Assembly: GCA_947458835.1 (NCBI GenBank)
Contig: CANHBC010000002.1
Coordinates: 1 to 56,984, forward strand
From: Betaproteobacteria bacterium
GTDB taxonomy: Bacteria; Pseudomonadota; Gammaproteobacteria; Burkholderiales; CAIKXV01
Direction: 5' to 3'
Length of the DNA: 56,984 nucleotides
Part shown: in pieces, positions 1 to 9,052 of the stretch
How positions within the stretch are numbered: position 1 is the first letter of the stretch
Layout: every line of letters begins with the position of its first letter
The notes under the pieces: generated by a model
Databases searched by the model: none
What the model saw: the letters and a program-made list of their open reading frames with translations, nothing else
Told to the model about the DNA's origin: nothing
Program-made: the position numbers and the translations under genes

Positions 1-326
1 GGATGCCGACTAAGGTAGCAGGATAAGCAGTAAGCCACCGTGAACTCATTCCTGCCTTTAGCCGCGCATTCCGCCCTCTCGGGTCCGCGCGGTACTGGAG
101 TTCACTGCAGGGTGCCCCGGAACGCTTTGAAGCGGTCGACGCTGCGGCCCGTGTACCGGAAGCCAGGCGACAAGCCCCCCTGTCTGGCAGGCACGATGAG
201 ACCGACCGCCAGAGCGCGCGGGGCCAGTGTGGAAATCTGCTGCTCCGAAACGGTAGTTTTCCGACGCCAGCGTTTGCGGGAGCCGGGATACTTTGCAACA
301 TCCTCGAACGCCCAGTCGCCAAGCCC

Positions 327-1421
327 ATGGAAACGAGCAAGAAGCTCCTGTCGCTGCTGCGGGTTACCCCAGGCGTGGACGTGCACCGCGTCTATTCGTT
401 CCTTGAAGGACTCACGGTGCATGGCAAGCCGCTGCGGCTCTTCCGATGGCCCTCGCTGGACTACGACGTGCACTGGCCGATGTGGTTTCGACGGCCGGTG
501 CTGCAGGTCTTCAACCATGCGTTCATGGCCGCCGGCATCGTCAGGTCAGGCATCCTGGAACGCAGCGTGATGCTGGTCCGCGAATTCGACTACCGCCTGT
601 TCGTCGTCTGCGCGCTGCCACTGTGGCCATGGCGCAGGCGGATCGTGCTCAACATGAACTTCGCCCCCCCGATCCCGGGCGAGAGTCCTGCGTCTCAGCT
701 CTCGGCGTTCCGGACGCTGGTCCGGCTGGGCTACACATTCATGCTGTTCGAAGGCGATGCCGTCCGCAGGGAGATCGAAGAGGGCTACCCCGGCATCAGG
801 CTGATCTGCCCCCGCTTCGTCGTGCAGGATACCGATCCCCACCGGGCTTCGCCGACGCCGGGCGAACCATTCACCGTCGGCTTCGTCGGGGACTTCATGC
901 GCGACAAGGGCGGCTACGCGACCTTGATCGCAGCCATCCGGGAACTGGTGGACCTGCCTGGAATCACCGTACGCATCGGCATCCGCGATTCGAGGCGCCG
1001 TCGCGAGTTTCCCGACGAACTGGCGGACAGGCTCGATTTCACGGACACATGGTCCGTCGGGGACTACGAACGTTTCATCCGCGAGTGCGATGCGATCGTC
1101 ACGCTGGCGGAACGCAACGCCTACTACCGCCGGCACAGCGCGATCATCCTCGATTGCATCAGTGCAAGGACACTCGTCGTCTGCCCTCGTTACCCGCTGT
1201 TCGCCGAGGAAACGGGATTTCCAGTGGCCGTCGGCGAGACTTACGATGGGCTCGGAGACCTGAAGCGGGCGGTCATGGCCGTTCGTGAATCAGCCCCCGC
1301 GCTCCGGGCCAACCATGCGACCTACTTCGGTGCTCGATCCGGGATCGATGTCGCCCGTTGCATCGAGTCCGGCATGCCTGCAGTCGCGCCCCGACTGGAC
1401 CAGAAGGTCTACGAGGGTTGA
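327..1421 (+). CDS. putative glycosyltransferase (GT-B fold, GT1/GT4-like C-terminal half)
   Basis: 364-aa ORF with very high third-position GC. The C-terminal half (FVGDFMRDKGG...; AERNAYYRRHSAIILDCISARTLVVCPRYPLFAEETG) resembles the nucleotide-sugar-binding half of GT-B transferases. It lies next to an EPS export operon. Confidence 0.4.
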   Translation: METSKKLLSLLRVTPGVDVHRVYSFLEGLTVHGKPLRLFRWPSLDYDVHWPMWFRRPVLQVFNHAFMAAGIVRSGILERSVMLVREFDYRLFVVCALPLWPWRRRIVLNMNFAPPIPGESPASQLSAFRTLVRLGYTFMLFEGDAVRREIEEGYPGIRLICPRFVVQDTDPHRASPTPGEPFTVGFVGDFMRDKGGYATLIAAIRELVDLPGITVRIGIRDSRRRREFPDELADRLDFTDTWSVGDYERFIRECDAIVTLAERNAYYRRHSAIILDCISARTLVVCPRYPLFAEETGFPVAVGETYDGLGDLKRAVMAVRESAPALRANHATYFGARSGIDVARCIESGMPAVAPRLDQKVYEG

Positions 1422-2342
1422 TCAGGGCAGTCCGGAAAAGTACCGCGCAAGTTCCAGGGCGATGACGCGGTTGCCTGCTTCGTTAGGATGGTACGGATCG
1501 AAAAACAGGGCCCCGGCACCGCCGGCCTCGATCGCCACAGCGGGATTCACGTACGGAATACCCTCCAGCAGCGCCCGCTCTCGAAGCCTCCGCTTGGCCT
1601 GGTTGATGAGCGGCGTCCGGACCTCATGTGGATGCGGCTGTTCCACATGCAGGATCAGCGGCCTCGCGCCCGCATCGCGCACCAGCCTGACCATGTGCAT
1701 GAGCGTCGAAAGCCGTGCCTCTATGTGTTCGACGGTCGGCTCGGCTCCTGTCGTACCGGGGTCTTCGATGACCATCGGCCGCAGGCGCGGCAGCACATAG
1801 CGGGTCATCCCGGCATGCAGCGCCGAGATCGGAGCCCGGTCGGGGAAGGAGGGATGCGAGCCGACGATCGTCTCCGGCGCCCGCTCCTGCCAGAGATCGT
1901 GCGTGCCGACTTCGAGAATGACGACCTGGCTTCGGAACGTACCGTGCGCGAGCAGCCAACCCGCCGCATTGTCTAGGGCCCAGCCCCCGGCCGATGCGTT
2001 CAGTACCTGGACATTGCCACCCCGTTCCCGCAATACCCGCTCGAGCAGGGCGGGCCATGTAGCCGACTGGTCGACTCGCAAGCCACCGTTGGTGATTGAA
2101 TCGCCGATGCAGAGGATGCGGACCTGGCCCGGTGCCGGAGGGCCGGAAAACGGCCTGGACCGAAGTCCGTTCGCGTCGTACGAGGCACGCCGCGAAAGCA
2201 GTCGCGCCTGCTGTCCGGGCACGACGCGGTAGCCATAGCGGGTCCTCTCGTAGACCAGGGGCCGATGCAGACCTGCCGCCCGCGCGCAGAGCTCCGCGCA
2301 TGCCAGGATCACGATCGATGCCAATGCCCAGGACCATGCCAT
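1422..2342 (-). CDS. SGNH/GDSL-family hydrolase (possible polysaccharide esterase)
   Basis: Block I ILCIGDSITNGG and block V DPYHPNEAG (DxxH). N-terminal membrane anchor MAWSWALASIVILACAEL. I chose the ATG at 2342, 19 nt after the upstream stop, over the track start at 2438, which would overlap the upstream gene by 77 nt. Confidence 0.7.
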   Translation of the reverse strand: MAWSWALASIVILACAELCARAAGLHRPLVYERTRYGYRVVPGQQARLLSRRASYDANGLRSRPFSGPPAPGQVRILCIGDSITNGGLRVDQSATWPALLERVLRERGGNVQVLNASAGGWALDNAAGWLLAHGTFRSQVVILEVGTHDLWQERAPETIVGSHPSFPDRAPISALHAGMTRYVLPRLRPMVIEDPGTTGAEPTVEHIEARLSTLMHMVRLVRDAGARPLILHVEQPHPHEVRTPLINQAKRRLRERALLEGIPYVNPAVAIEAGGAGALFFDPYHPNEAGNRVIALELARYFSGLP

Positions 2343-2361
2343 CTGTTCGTCCGGCCCCGCG

Positions 2362-3270
2362 TCAGCTGCTGGCCGAGTGGGGGACGGGCACAGCCCCAGC
2401 CACATGCCGCTCTGCCGTGACCGGCTCCTCGGGAACATTGAACCGTGGCAGGAAAGGTATGCCCGTGCGCTCCCGGTCCTCGATGACCTCGCTGACGATG
2501 TCGCCGTCGATCACCGCCTTCTGCTGGGCGTATCCGTAGACCATCGCGGAATCACAGATCGTGTTGAGCACCCTCGGCACCCCACCGCTGTGCTTGAAAA
2601 CGAGGTCGAATGCCTCGGCTGTGAAGACAGTGGCCGAATCGCTGCAGCCCGCGGTGGACAGGCGATAGCGGACGTACTGCTCGGTCTCGCGCCGATCCAG
2701 TGGCTCCAGGTGGTAGCTGAATGCGATCCGCTGGACGAGCTGTTCGAGGCCGGGCTGCAGGAGCTTCTCGCGCAGATTCGTCTGTCCCGCCATGATGATC
2801 TGCAGCAGTTCATGACCCTCGACGTTCACGTTCGAGAGCAGCCGCAACTGCTCCAGTCCGGCCGGCGAAAGGTTCTGGGTCTCGTCTACCACCAGCACCA
2901 CCCGCTTGCCGAGCGCGTACTGCTCGACGAGGAAGCGGGTAAAGGCCTCGTACATCTCAGCCTGCGTCCGGCGCCTGGTTTCGATCCCGAACGCGGTGAG
3001 GATCCAGCGCAGGAAGTCCCCGTAGGCACTGTGCGTGAACGAGACCAGCCCCAGCGTCACGTCCTGCCCCACCTTCTTCAGCAGGCAGCGGATGAGCGTC
3101 GTCTTGCCCGTGCCGATGTCACCGGTGATCAGCGTCAGCATCGCATGGCTGATCAGTCCGTACTCCAGCAGGTGCAGGGCGGCACTGTGACGGCGGCTCG
3201 GGAACAGGAACTCCGCCTGTGGGACGATCGAGAAAGGTTTGGCCTTGAGGCCGTAGAACGCTTCGTACAC
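2362..3270 (-). CDS. ExeA-like AAA ATPase of the PEP-CTERM/XrtA-locus-associated type
   Basis: N-terminus MYEAFYGLKAKPF, Walker A GDIGTGKTTL and Walker B VVLVVDETQNL. Located inside the EPS export operon. Confidence 0.75.
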   Translation of the reverse strand: MYEAFYGLKAKPFSIVPQAEFLFPSRRHSAALHLLEYGLISHAMLTLITGDIGTGKTTLIRCLLKKVGQDVTLGLVSFTHSAYGDFLRWILTAFGIETRRRTQAEMYEAFTRFLVEQYALGKRVVLVVDETQNLSPAGLEQLRLLSNVNVEGHELLQIIMAGQTNLREKLLQPGLEQLVQRIAFSYHLEPLDRRETEQYVRYRLSTAGCSDSATVFTAEAFDLVFKHSGGVPRVLNTICDSAMVYGYAQQKAVIDGDIVSEVIEDRERTGIPFLPRFNVPEEPVTAERHVAGAVPVPHSASS

Positions 3271-3291
3271 GTCAGGCCTTCCGCGTGGTTG

Positions 3292-4332
3292 TCAACGCGT
3301 GCGCCGGAACCAGCGCCGCCACGATGGCTCTGCCACCCGCTTGCGCCCGTCCTCCGGACTGGTCTTGTTCAGCACGACGCCCAGCAGGTTGGTGGTCGAG
3401 CCGAGCAGCTCGGTGGCCCGCTCGAGGTCGTGGTGGCGCGTGTGGCCCTGTGCCGCGACCAGGATGGTTGCGTCCACGTACGGCGCGAACGCAAGCGCAT
3501 CGGACGCAGACAGGACCGGTGGAAGATCAAACAGGACGATCCGTTGCGGATACCGGTTCTTCAACTCATCGACGAGGTCCTGCATCATCGGCGAGCCGAG
3601 CATCTCCGCCGAGTTGGGCAGTGCGCATCCCCCCGGGAGTATGACCAGCCGCTCGATGCCGGGATTGATCATCAGCTCGTGGATCGGCACCTGGTCGACG
3701 AGGAAATCCGAGAGCCCCCGCACGGAGCCGAGACCGAAGTAGGAATGCAGTTCAGGCTGGCGCAGGTTGGCATCGACCAGCAGCACCGTGCGGTCGAGTT
3801 CGGCTGCCAGGTGGATCGCGAGGTTGATGGCGGTGACCGTCTTGCCGTCGGCGTCGCCCGGGCTGGTGATCGCGATCGCATTCCAGCCGTTGTCGCGCAT
3901 CGCATGGACGATCTGGGTGCGCAGGATCTTGAAGGCCTGAGTGAACTCGTCGTGCTCGTCACCGGTGATCACGCGGTTGGCGCGCAGTTGGTCTTCGGCC
4001 ACGCTGACCTGCCGGGTCTTCGTGTAGACAATGTCGACCTGCCGGTTGCGCACCGCCGGCGCCGTTGGCGAACGCGCCGCAGGGACGGCCGGCGCGACAT
4101 CGACCGCTGGAGCGTCCGCGACGTCCGCAGACGGCTGTGCGGAGGACGGCACCGACGCGTTCGGCACCGGTTGGACGGCAGCCACGTGGGCGGCCTTGAT
4201 CTGCGGCAGGCCGATCGGCATCACCGGTACGGACCTCGCCGGCATTGCCTGATCATCGGCGGCAGGGGGTGGATTGACGCGGCGTTCGCGCTCGTTCCGC
4301 GCCCGCTCCAGTGCCTCACCGATTCTGTCCAT
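3292..4332 (-). CDS. BY-kinase-like (CpsD/CapB/EpsG-type) P-loop ATPase of an EPS chain-length/export system
   Basis: Walker A-like ITSPGDADGKTV, Walker A' VLLVDANLRQP and Walker B IVLFDLPPV. It follows the chain-length determinant gene. The C-terminus (…RRWFRRTR) has no tyrosine cluster. Confidence 0.75.
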   Translation of the reverse strand: MDRIGEALERARNERERRVNPPPAADDQAMPARSVPVMPIGLPQIKAAHVAAVQPVPNASVPSSAQPSADVADAPAVDVAPAVPAARSPTAPAVRNRQVDIVYTKTRQVSVAEDQLRANRVITGDEHDEFTQAFKILRTQIVHAMRDNGWNAIAITSPGDADGKTVTAINLAIHLAAELDRTVLLVDANLRQPELHSYFGLGSVRGLSDFLVDQVPIHELMINPGIERLVILPGGCALPNSAEMLGSPMMQDLVDELKNRYPQRIVLFDLPPVLSASDALAFAPYVDATILVAAQGHTRHHDLERATELLGSTTNLLGVVLNKTSPEDGRKRVAEPSWRRWFRRTR

Positions 4333-4364
4333 GGGATTCCCGAAAAATGAAGTGGTTCAGTGGA

Positions 4365-6167
4365 TCAGAGCCATCTGTAGATGAGCGTGTCGATCGGGGT
4401 CAGGAAGAGGTGGACCAGGACCAGGCCGGCCACGATGACCACGAGCGTACCCGCAGCGAATGACCATCGCTGGAGCCGCTTGCGCTCGCCGTCCTCCACG
4501 CTGGGCAGATAGGGAACCTGCGCAAGGATCGGCAGCGCCACGTTGCGCGCGAGGTCCCGCGGCCCCTTGATGGAGGAATCGATCGCCTCACGCACCACTC
4601 CGATCCCGACTCCACCACCCAGCGCCAGCGCCAGGCCGATCAGGATGATGGCAGTACGGTCCGGCTTGAACGGCTTCTCGGGCAGCTGGGCCGGCTCCAG
4701 CAGCGAGAAACGCTCGCCCTTTCGATCCTTTTCGAGCTCTTCGGCGACCTGCGCCTCGAGTTCCTTGCCCTTGATGTCGCGGTACTGCTTCAGGGAATTG
4801 TCGTAGTCGCGCACGAGGTCGAGGTACTCCCGCTGCACGTTGGGCGCCGACTCGAGGCGCGCGGCGTAGACCCGCTGGCGCTGGCGCATCTCTTCCCGGC
4901 TGGAGGTCAGTGCGCGGGATTCCGAGACGGCCTGCTCGATGGACGCAACGAGCTGCAGGTAGGCCGGATTGTCGGGGCGCGTCTTGCCCGCCGCTGTCGA
5001 CGCGGCGCTGCCCGATGGCCGCTGCGTGGTGGTCGCCTGCTCGAGCGCGGCGAGCGACTTCTGCAAGCGAAGGACGTCGGGATGCGTGTCGGAGTAGCGC
5101 TCGCGTGCGCTGCGAAGCTTTTCACGAAGGGCGACGACCTCCTTCGTGGCCGCCTCGTCGATGCCCACCGAGCCACCCGACTCCTTGATCTCGCGCTCGA
5201 GCACCGCGATCTCCCGGGCGACACGCCTCATGTCCGGATGGACTTCCGAATAGCTGCCCGACAGCGTCGTCTGCTGCAGCCTGAGGACACGCAGACGTTC
5301 CGCGGGATCCTGGGCGCTCACCCGCTCCCCGGTAGCGGTGACGAGTTCCCGGGACGGGAGGTTGGGCGGGGTGATGGCAAGTTGCGCCTGCAGGAAGCTG
5401 CGGCGGTCCTCCAGCATGCGCAGTTCGCGGTCGACGCGCATGATCTCGCTCTCGTTGCGTTCCGCGAGCTGGCTGTTGACCTGCGACGATTCCGGCAGCG
5501 CATTGGCGTTGCGCGCGCGGAAGGTAGCGAGGCGGGCCTCCATTTCCTGGAGTTGCGTGGCCAGCCGCTTCGATTCCTCGCCCAGGAATGCGGAGGTCTC
5601 CGCCGTGCGCTGCTGGCGTACCCGCACGTTTTCGTTCAGGAACAGCGACACCAGCTCGTTGACCACACGCTGAGCCTTCTGCGGCGACTCCGAGACATAG
5701 GCGATGTTGAACGCGATGGTCACCTTTCCGCCGCTGCGCCCGCGGTCTGCGCTGATCGGCGTGAACCTGATGTCCGACCGCATGCGCTCGAGGATCTCGT
5801 CATTGGTCTCGCTCCGCCGCTGCGACGGGTAGAGGTCGAACTTCTCGACCAGCTGCAGCAGCGTCGTGCGCGTCAGTACCCGCTGGCTGATCACCTGGAT
5901 CCGCTCGTCGGCGAACGTGGTGATCGTCGACTTGATGAACTCCTCCGGGATGGACTGCTCTTCAACGAGGATCACCGCGGTAGACCTGTACAGCGCCGGG
6001 AGCGCCAGGGCGACGATCGCGGTGATGACGAATATCGCCACCGCGGACGCCAGCATGACGCCGAAGCGACGTCGAATGATGTCCAGGTAGTCGGCGATGC
6101 CAAGCTCGGGTCGCTCGGCCGGCAAGACAAGGTCGGTGCCTGGGAGGATGGTCGTCATCTGGTTCAT
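4365..6167 (-). CDS. polysaccharide chain-length determinant (Wzz/GumC-like, PEP-CTERM-locus type)
   Basis: Wzz-like N-terminus ADYLDIIRRRFGVMLASAVAIFVITAIVALALPALY, a long coiled-coil periplasmic region and C-terminal TM helices. ATG at 6167 (MNQMTT..., AGGA upstream) is preferred. The Pro/Arg-rich 80-aa extension in the track ORF would overlap the upstream gene. Confidence 0.75.
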   Translation of the reverse strand: MNQMTTILPGTDLVLPAERPELGIADYLDIIRRRFGVMLASAVAIFVITAIVALALPALYRSTAVILVEEQSIPEEFIKSTITTFADERIQVISQRVLTRTTLLQLVEKFDLYPSQRRSETNDEILERMRSDIRFTPISADRGRSGGKVTIAFNIAYVSESPQKAQRVVNELVSLFLNENVRVRQQRTAETSAFLGEESKRLATQLQEMEARLATFRARNANALPESSQVNSQLAERNESEIMRVDRELRMLEDRRSFLQAQLAITPPNLPSRELVTATGERVSAQDPAERLRVLRLQQTTLSGSYSEVHPDMRRVAREIAVLEREIKESGGSVGIDEAATKEVVALREKLRSARERYSDTHPDVLRLQKSLAALEQATTTQRPSGSAASTAAGKTRPDNPAYLQLVASIEQAVSESRALTSSREEMRQRQRVYAARLESAPNVQREYLDLVRDYDNSLKQYRDIKGKELEAQVAEELEKDRKGERFSLLEPAQLPEKPFKPDRTAIILIGLALALGGGVGIGVVREAIDSSIKGPRDLARNVALPILAQVPYLPSVEDGERKRLQRWSFAAGTLVVIVAGLVLVHLFLTPIDTLIYRWL

Positions 6168-6186
6168 GTCGCGTCCTGCGATAGGT

Positions 6187-7515
6187 TCATGGCCACAGGC
6201 GCCTGTTGGGCCATGCTTTTGAAATCGTGACGAACACCGCCTTCGAGCGGGCGGTGGTTCCGGACAGGTCGGTCTCGGACCAGCGCGCGCCGGCTCCGAG
6301 GTTCCAGTTGTCGGGCAACTGGTAGGACAGGCTTGCGCCAAGCGTCTGCAGGGTGCTGTCCGGGCTATTGCCGCCGAAGCCGGACAGGGCGTTGGTCGCC
6401 CAGACATATTCCACGCCGCCGCTGAACCGCTCGAGGAACTGATGGTTGAGGTTCAGGCTGACGCTCGTACGCTCGAGCAGTGAACCGGATGCGCCCGGGA
6501 TGATGCCCCTGTTCGCCGCGGCGCTGACCGCCGTCCGGGGGGTCACCTGGGTCGCGAAGGTGAAGCCGTAGGTGGGGCTGGTCGTCGACGAGTTCTGGTT
6601 GTTGACGAGCACCTGGAACGGGAAGAGGCCCGCCAGGCAGAACTCGACGGGCAGCAGGCAGATCGACTGGGAACTGCGCGACTGGATGTCGGACCGCGTC
6701 ACGCCGACAAAGGCCGAAAGCGTGGTGACTTCGCTCCAGCGCCGGTTCCACGAGAGCTGCACTGCGCGGGTGTCGGAGTCGGTGGTCGCCGGGGTCGTCG
6801 AGTACGAGGTCTGCGACACCGACACGCCGACGCCGTCGATCTCGGTCAGGCGATACTGGAAGCCACCGCTGAGCGATCCGGTCTGTGTGTCGACCTGCTG
6901 GCTCGCGCCCGCCCCTTGCGTGGTGATGGTCGAATGGCCGTAGCTCGTGTTGAACGAGAGCCGCTCGGTCACCGCATAGCTGTACGACGGAGCGATGCTG
7001 AACAGTGTCCGCGTGCCGCTGCCCAACTGGAAGCCACCCGCCGGTTGGGTGGCCAACGTACCGAACTGTCGATCTCGGAAGTAACTGACCGACAGACCGA
7101 AAGTGCTGCGCTCGAGCAGGTAGGACCCGTCGAAACGGAATCGAGGGTCGCCCGTCTGCGTTCGCCCCGCGTTCGAATTGGAGAAATGAGTGGCGAAAAT
7201 GCCTACGTTTCCCGCGACTCGGAGGGTCTCGCTGTCCATCCGGAAGGTCGCTGACGGTCCGACCGAGGAGATCAAGGTCGACACGCCGCGGAAGCCGTAG
7301 TTGTCGACGTACTCCTGCCGGGCACTCAAGGCGTAGTCCACCGTCAGGGGAGACGTGATGAAGCCGCCGGTGGCGCTGTCCACGGGACCGCCCGTCGATG
7401 CCCCCGACGAGGTCTGGGCCACTGCGGGGGCCGCCACCACCAGCGCGCTGGCGGCCGCGGCCGACAGCAGCGATCGGTGGATGGAGCCGCGCCCGCGGAG
7501 AGGGACCCTGCTCAC
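6187..7515 (-). CDS. outer-membrane beta-barrel protein associated with the EPS export locus
   Basis: Signal peptide ...LVVAAPAVAQT. Ser/Thr/Gly/Tyr-rich alternating beta-strand pattern ending ...KAVFVTISKAW. 4-nt overlap with the upstream exporter gene. Confidence 0.6.
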   Translation of the reverse strand: MSRVPLRGRGSIHRSLLSAAAASALVVAAPAVAQTSSGASTGGPVDSATGGFITSPLTVDYALSARQEYVDNYGFRGVSTLISSVGPSATFRMDSETLRVAGNVGIFATHFSNSNAGRTQTGDPRFRFDGSYLLERSTFGLSVSYFRDRQFGTLATQPAGGFQLGSGTRTLFSIAPSYSYAVTERLSFNTSYGHSTITTQGAGASQQVDTQTGSLSGGFQYRLTEIDGVGVSVSQTSYSTTPATTDSDTRAVQLSWNRRWSEVTTLSAFVGVTRSDIQSRSSQSICLLPVEFCLAGLFPFQVLVNNQNSSTTSPTYGFTFATQVTPRTAVSAAANRGIIPGASGSLLERTSVSLNLNHQFLERFSGGVEYVWATNALSGFGGNSPDSTLQTLGASLSYQLPDNWNLGAGARWSETDLSGTTARSKAVFVTISKAWPNRRLWP

Positions 7516-8156
7516 GGCACCAGCACCGTATCGCCAGCCTGCAGCAGTATGTTCTGGTCCATCCGTATCCCGCGCCGGACCTCCCCGAAGTTGAACGGGA
7601 TGCTGACCTGCTTGCCGCCCTCGCGCCGGAGGATCTGGATCCGGTTCTCGGAAGCGAACGGTGTCAGCCCGCCCGCCATGCTAAGCGCCTGAAGCACATC
7701 GACGAACCGGCCGGCCGGCATGTCGCCTGGCTTGTTCACCTTGCCGATGATGTAGATGCGGTTACTCGCGACCCGCACGATCGACACGCTGACCACCGGC
7801 GACGGCAGGAACTTCTCCAGCCGCTTCGCGATCTCGTCGCGGATCTCCTCGACGGTCTTGCCTGCAGCAAGCACCTCGCCGATCAGCGGGAACGAGATGC
7901 CGCCATCGGGACGCACCAGGGACTGCTGCTTCAGCGCGTCCTCACGCCATACGGTGATGTCCAGCAGGTCTTCAGGGCCGACCCGGTAGTCGCGGTCGGG
8001 CGTGAAATCACCGACCGGTTTCGCCGGAGCCGCGGCGGGCGCGGTCTGTGCGGTCGCCGCCAAGGGGGCGTCGGCCGCACGCGCAACATCCAACCCTGCA
8101 GCCGGAGGCAGGACCAGCGCGAGCAACCCCAGCGCGGCGAACAGTGCACGGCGCAT
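7512..8156 (-). CDS. polysaccharide export protein (Wza/EpsE-like periplasmic component)
   Basis: Signal peptide MRRALFAALGLLALVLPPAAG. Poly_export-like motif YRVGPEDLLDITVW and SLBB-like C-terminus ...LLQAGDTVLVP. Start moved to the ATG at 8156. Confidence 0.75.
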   Translation of the reverse strand: MRRALFAALGLLALVLPPAAGLDVARAADAPLAATAQTAPAAAPAKPVGDFTPDRDYRVGPEDLLDITVWREDALKQQSLVRPDGGISFPLIGEVLAAGKTVEEIRDEIAKRLEKFLPSPVVSVSIVRVASNRIYIIGKVNKPGDMPAGRFVDVLQALSMAGGLTPFASENRIQILRREGGKQVSIPFNFGEVRRGIRMDQNILLQAGDTVLVP

Positions 8157-8263
8157 GAGCGGTCGAAAAGCCGCTGACGCCCCATCGGCGTGAACGGATG
8201 ACGGGAAACGGCACAGGGTGGGCGAGGAAATCACATCTGCCTCCGGAAGCGTTCCGTTTGCAA

Positions 8264-8289
8264 CCACTCACACGGGTCAGGGTGAGTGG
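8264..8289. repeat. perfect 8-bp inverted repeat CCACTCAC-N10-GTGAGTGG in the EPS operon leader / divergent promoter region
   Basis: Read directly from the sequence. It lies between the exporter start (8156) and the divergent DUF456 gene (8518). Function unknown. Confidence 0.5.
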
Positions 8290-8517
8290 CTACCGATGGC
8301 TGGACTGGCCATCAGCCGCAGTCGGACAAAAAATGAGAGGGACTCGCTATAGTCGGACCCGCAAGCCCGACGTGTCCCCGCTGAGAACGCATTCGTGCGC
8401 AGTGTTTATGGGCGCAAAATCATTCTACGCGGGACAGGTACTTGTACGACGTGAACTTTTCGCTGTGGTTAAGCGGCATCATTTGGCGTCCGCGGGCGCA
8501 AACCCTGCGAAAGGGCC

Positions 8518-9003
8518 TTGATGGACATGACCTTGGTGTGGCTGGTGTCGGCGTTCCTCATCGTGGCCGGGCTCGTCGGGCTGGTCGCACCCTTCCTGCC
8601 CGGCACGCCGCTGATCTTCGTCGGGGTGGCGTTCGCCGCCTGGGCCGAGGGCTTTGCCCGCATCTCGGGCTGGACGGTCGGCTTCCTCGCCTTCCTGACC
8701 ATCGTCGCCTGGGTCCTCGAGTACGTGGCGGGACTCCTGGGGGCGAAGGCTGCCGGGGCGAGCCGGGCAGCACTGGTGGGCGCGGCCGTCGGTACGGTGC
8801 TGGGCGTGGTCAGCGGGCTCTGGGGCCTGCTGTTCTTCCCGCTGATCGGCGCCTTTGCGGGGGAGCTGTACGCCCGAGGAGATGCCTTGAAGGCCGGGCG
8901 CGTCAGTCTTGCCACCTGGATCGGCATCCTGATCGGTACGATCGCCAAGGTCGTCATCGGTTTCACGATGGTCGGCATCTTCCTCGGCGCGCTGCTTTTC
9001 TAG
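8518..9003 (+). CDS. DUF456-family small membrane protein
   Basis: 161 aa with four hydrophobic helices. N-terminus LVWLVSAFLIVAGLVGLVAPFLPGTPLIF is typical of DUF456. Confidence 0.65.
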   Translation: MMDMTLVWLVSAFLIVAGLVGLVAPFLPGTPLIFVGVAFAAWAEGFARISGWTVGFLAFLTIVAWVLEYVAGLLGAKAAGASRAALVGAAVGTVLGVVSGLWGLLFFPLIGAFAGELYARGDALKAGRVSLATWIGILIGTIAKVVIGFTMVGIFLGALLF

Positions 9004-9052
9004 GCAATAATCGAGGCCTGGTGATCGGCCGTCCAGAGCCGACGCGTCATCC

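Noticed and set aside
2377-4350. 657-aa plus-strand ORF. Similar very long ORFs occur at 5082-6230(+), 11989-14277(+), 25134-27086(+), 31977-34199(+), 38744-40762(-), 42555-44627(-), 44530-46515(+), 47790-48809(-) and 53642-55771(-).
   Set aside because: All lie antisense to genes with clear family-level motifs. Their translations are Arg/Gly/His/Asp-rich low-complexity strings with no recognisable domains, which is typical of stop-codon-poor shadow frames in high-GC DNA.
6168-6407. 80-codon N-terminal extension of the chain-length determinant ORF. Similar extensions occur on the exporter (8157-8267), secretin (26949-27056), PilO-like (25313-25432), PilT (18843-19058), pilin (20249-20707), the RR, the TPP enzyme, the phosphatase, the phytase-like gene, the Fe-ADH and the 2-HADH.
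   Set aside because: The extensions are Pro/Arg/Ala-rich, overlap the upstream gene, and precede an internal start that restores a sensible N-terminus (signal peptide or conserved family start) with short intergenic spacing.
8157-8320. Searched for sigma-54 (TGGCAC-N5-TTGC) promoters upstream of the EPS operon, upstream of the pilin gene (20249-20313) and in the AT-rich seam (a TGGCACG string occurs on the minus strand near 28175-28181).
   Set aside because: Only partial -24-like matches were found, without a properly spaced -12 TTGC element. The TGGCAC near 28178 lies inside the virB10-like coding sequence and is followed by AAAA, not TTGC.
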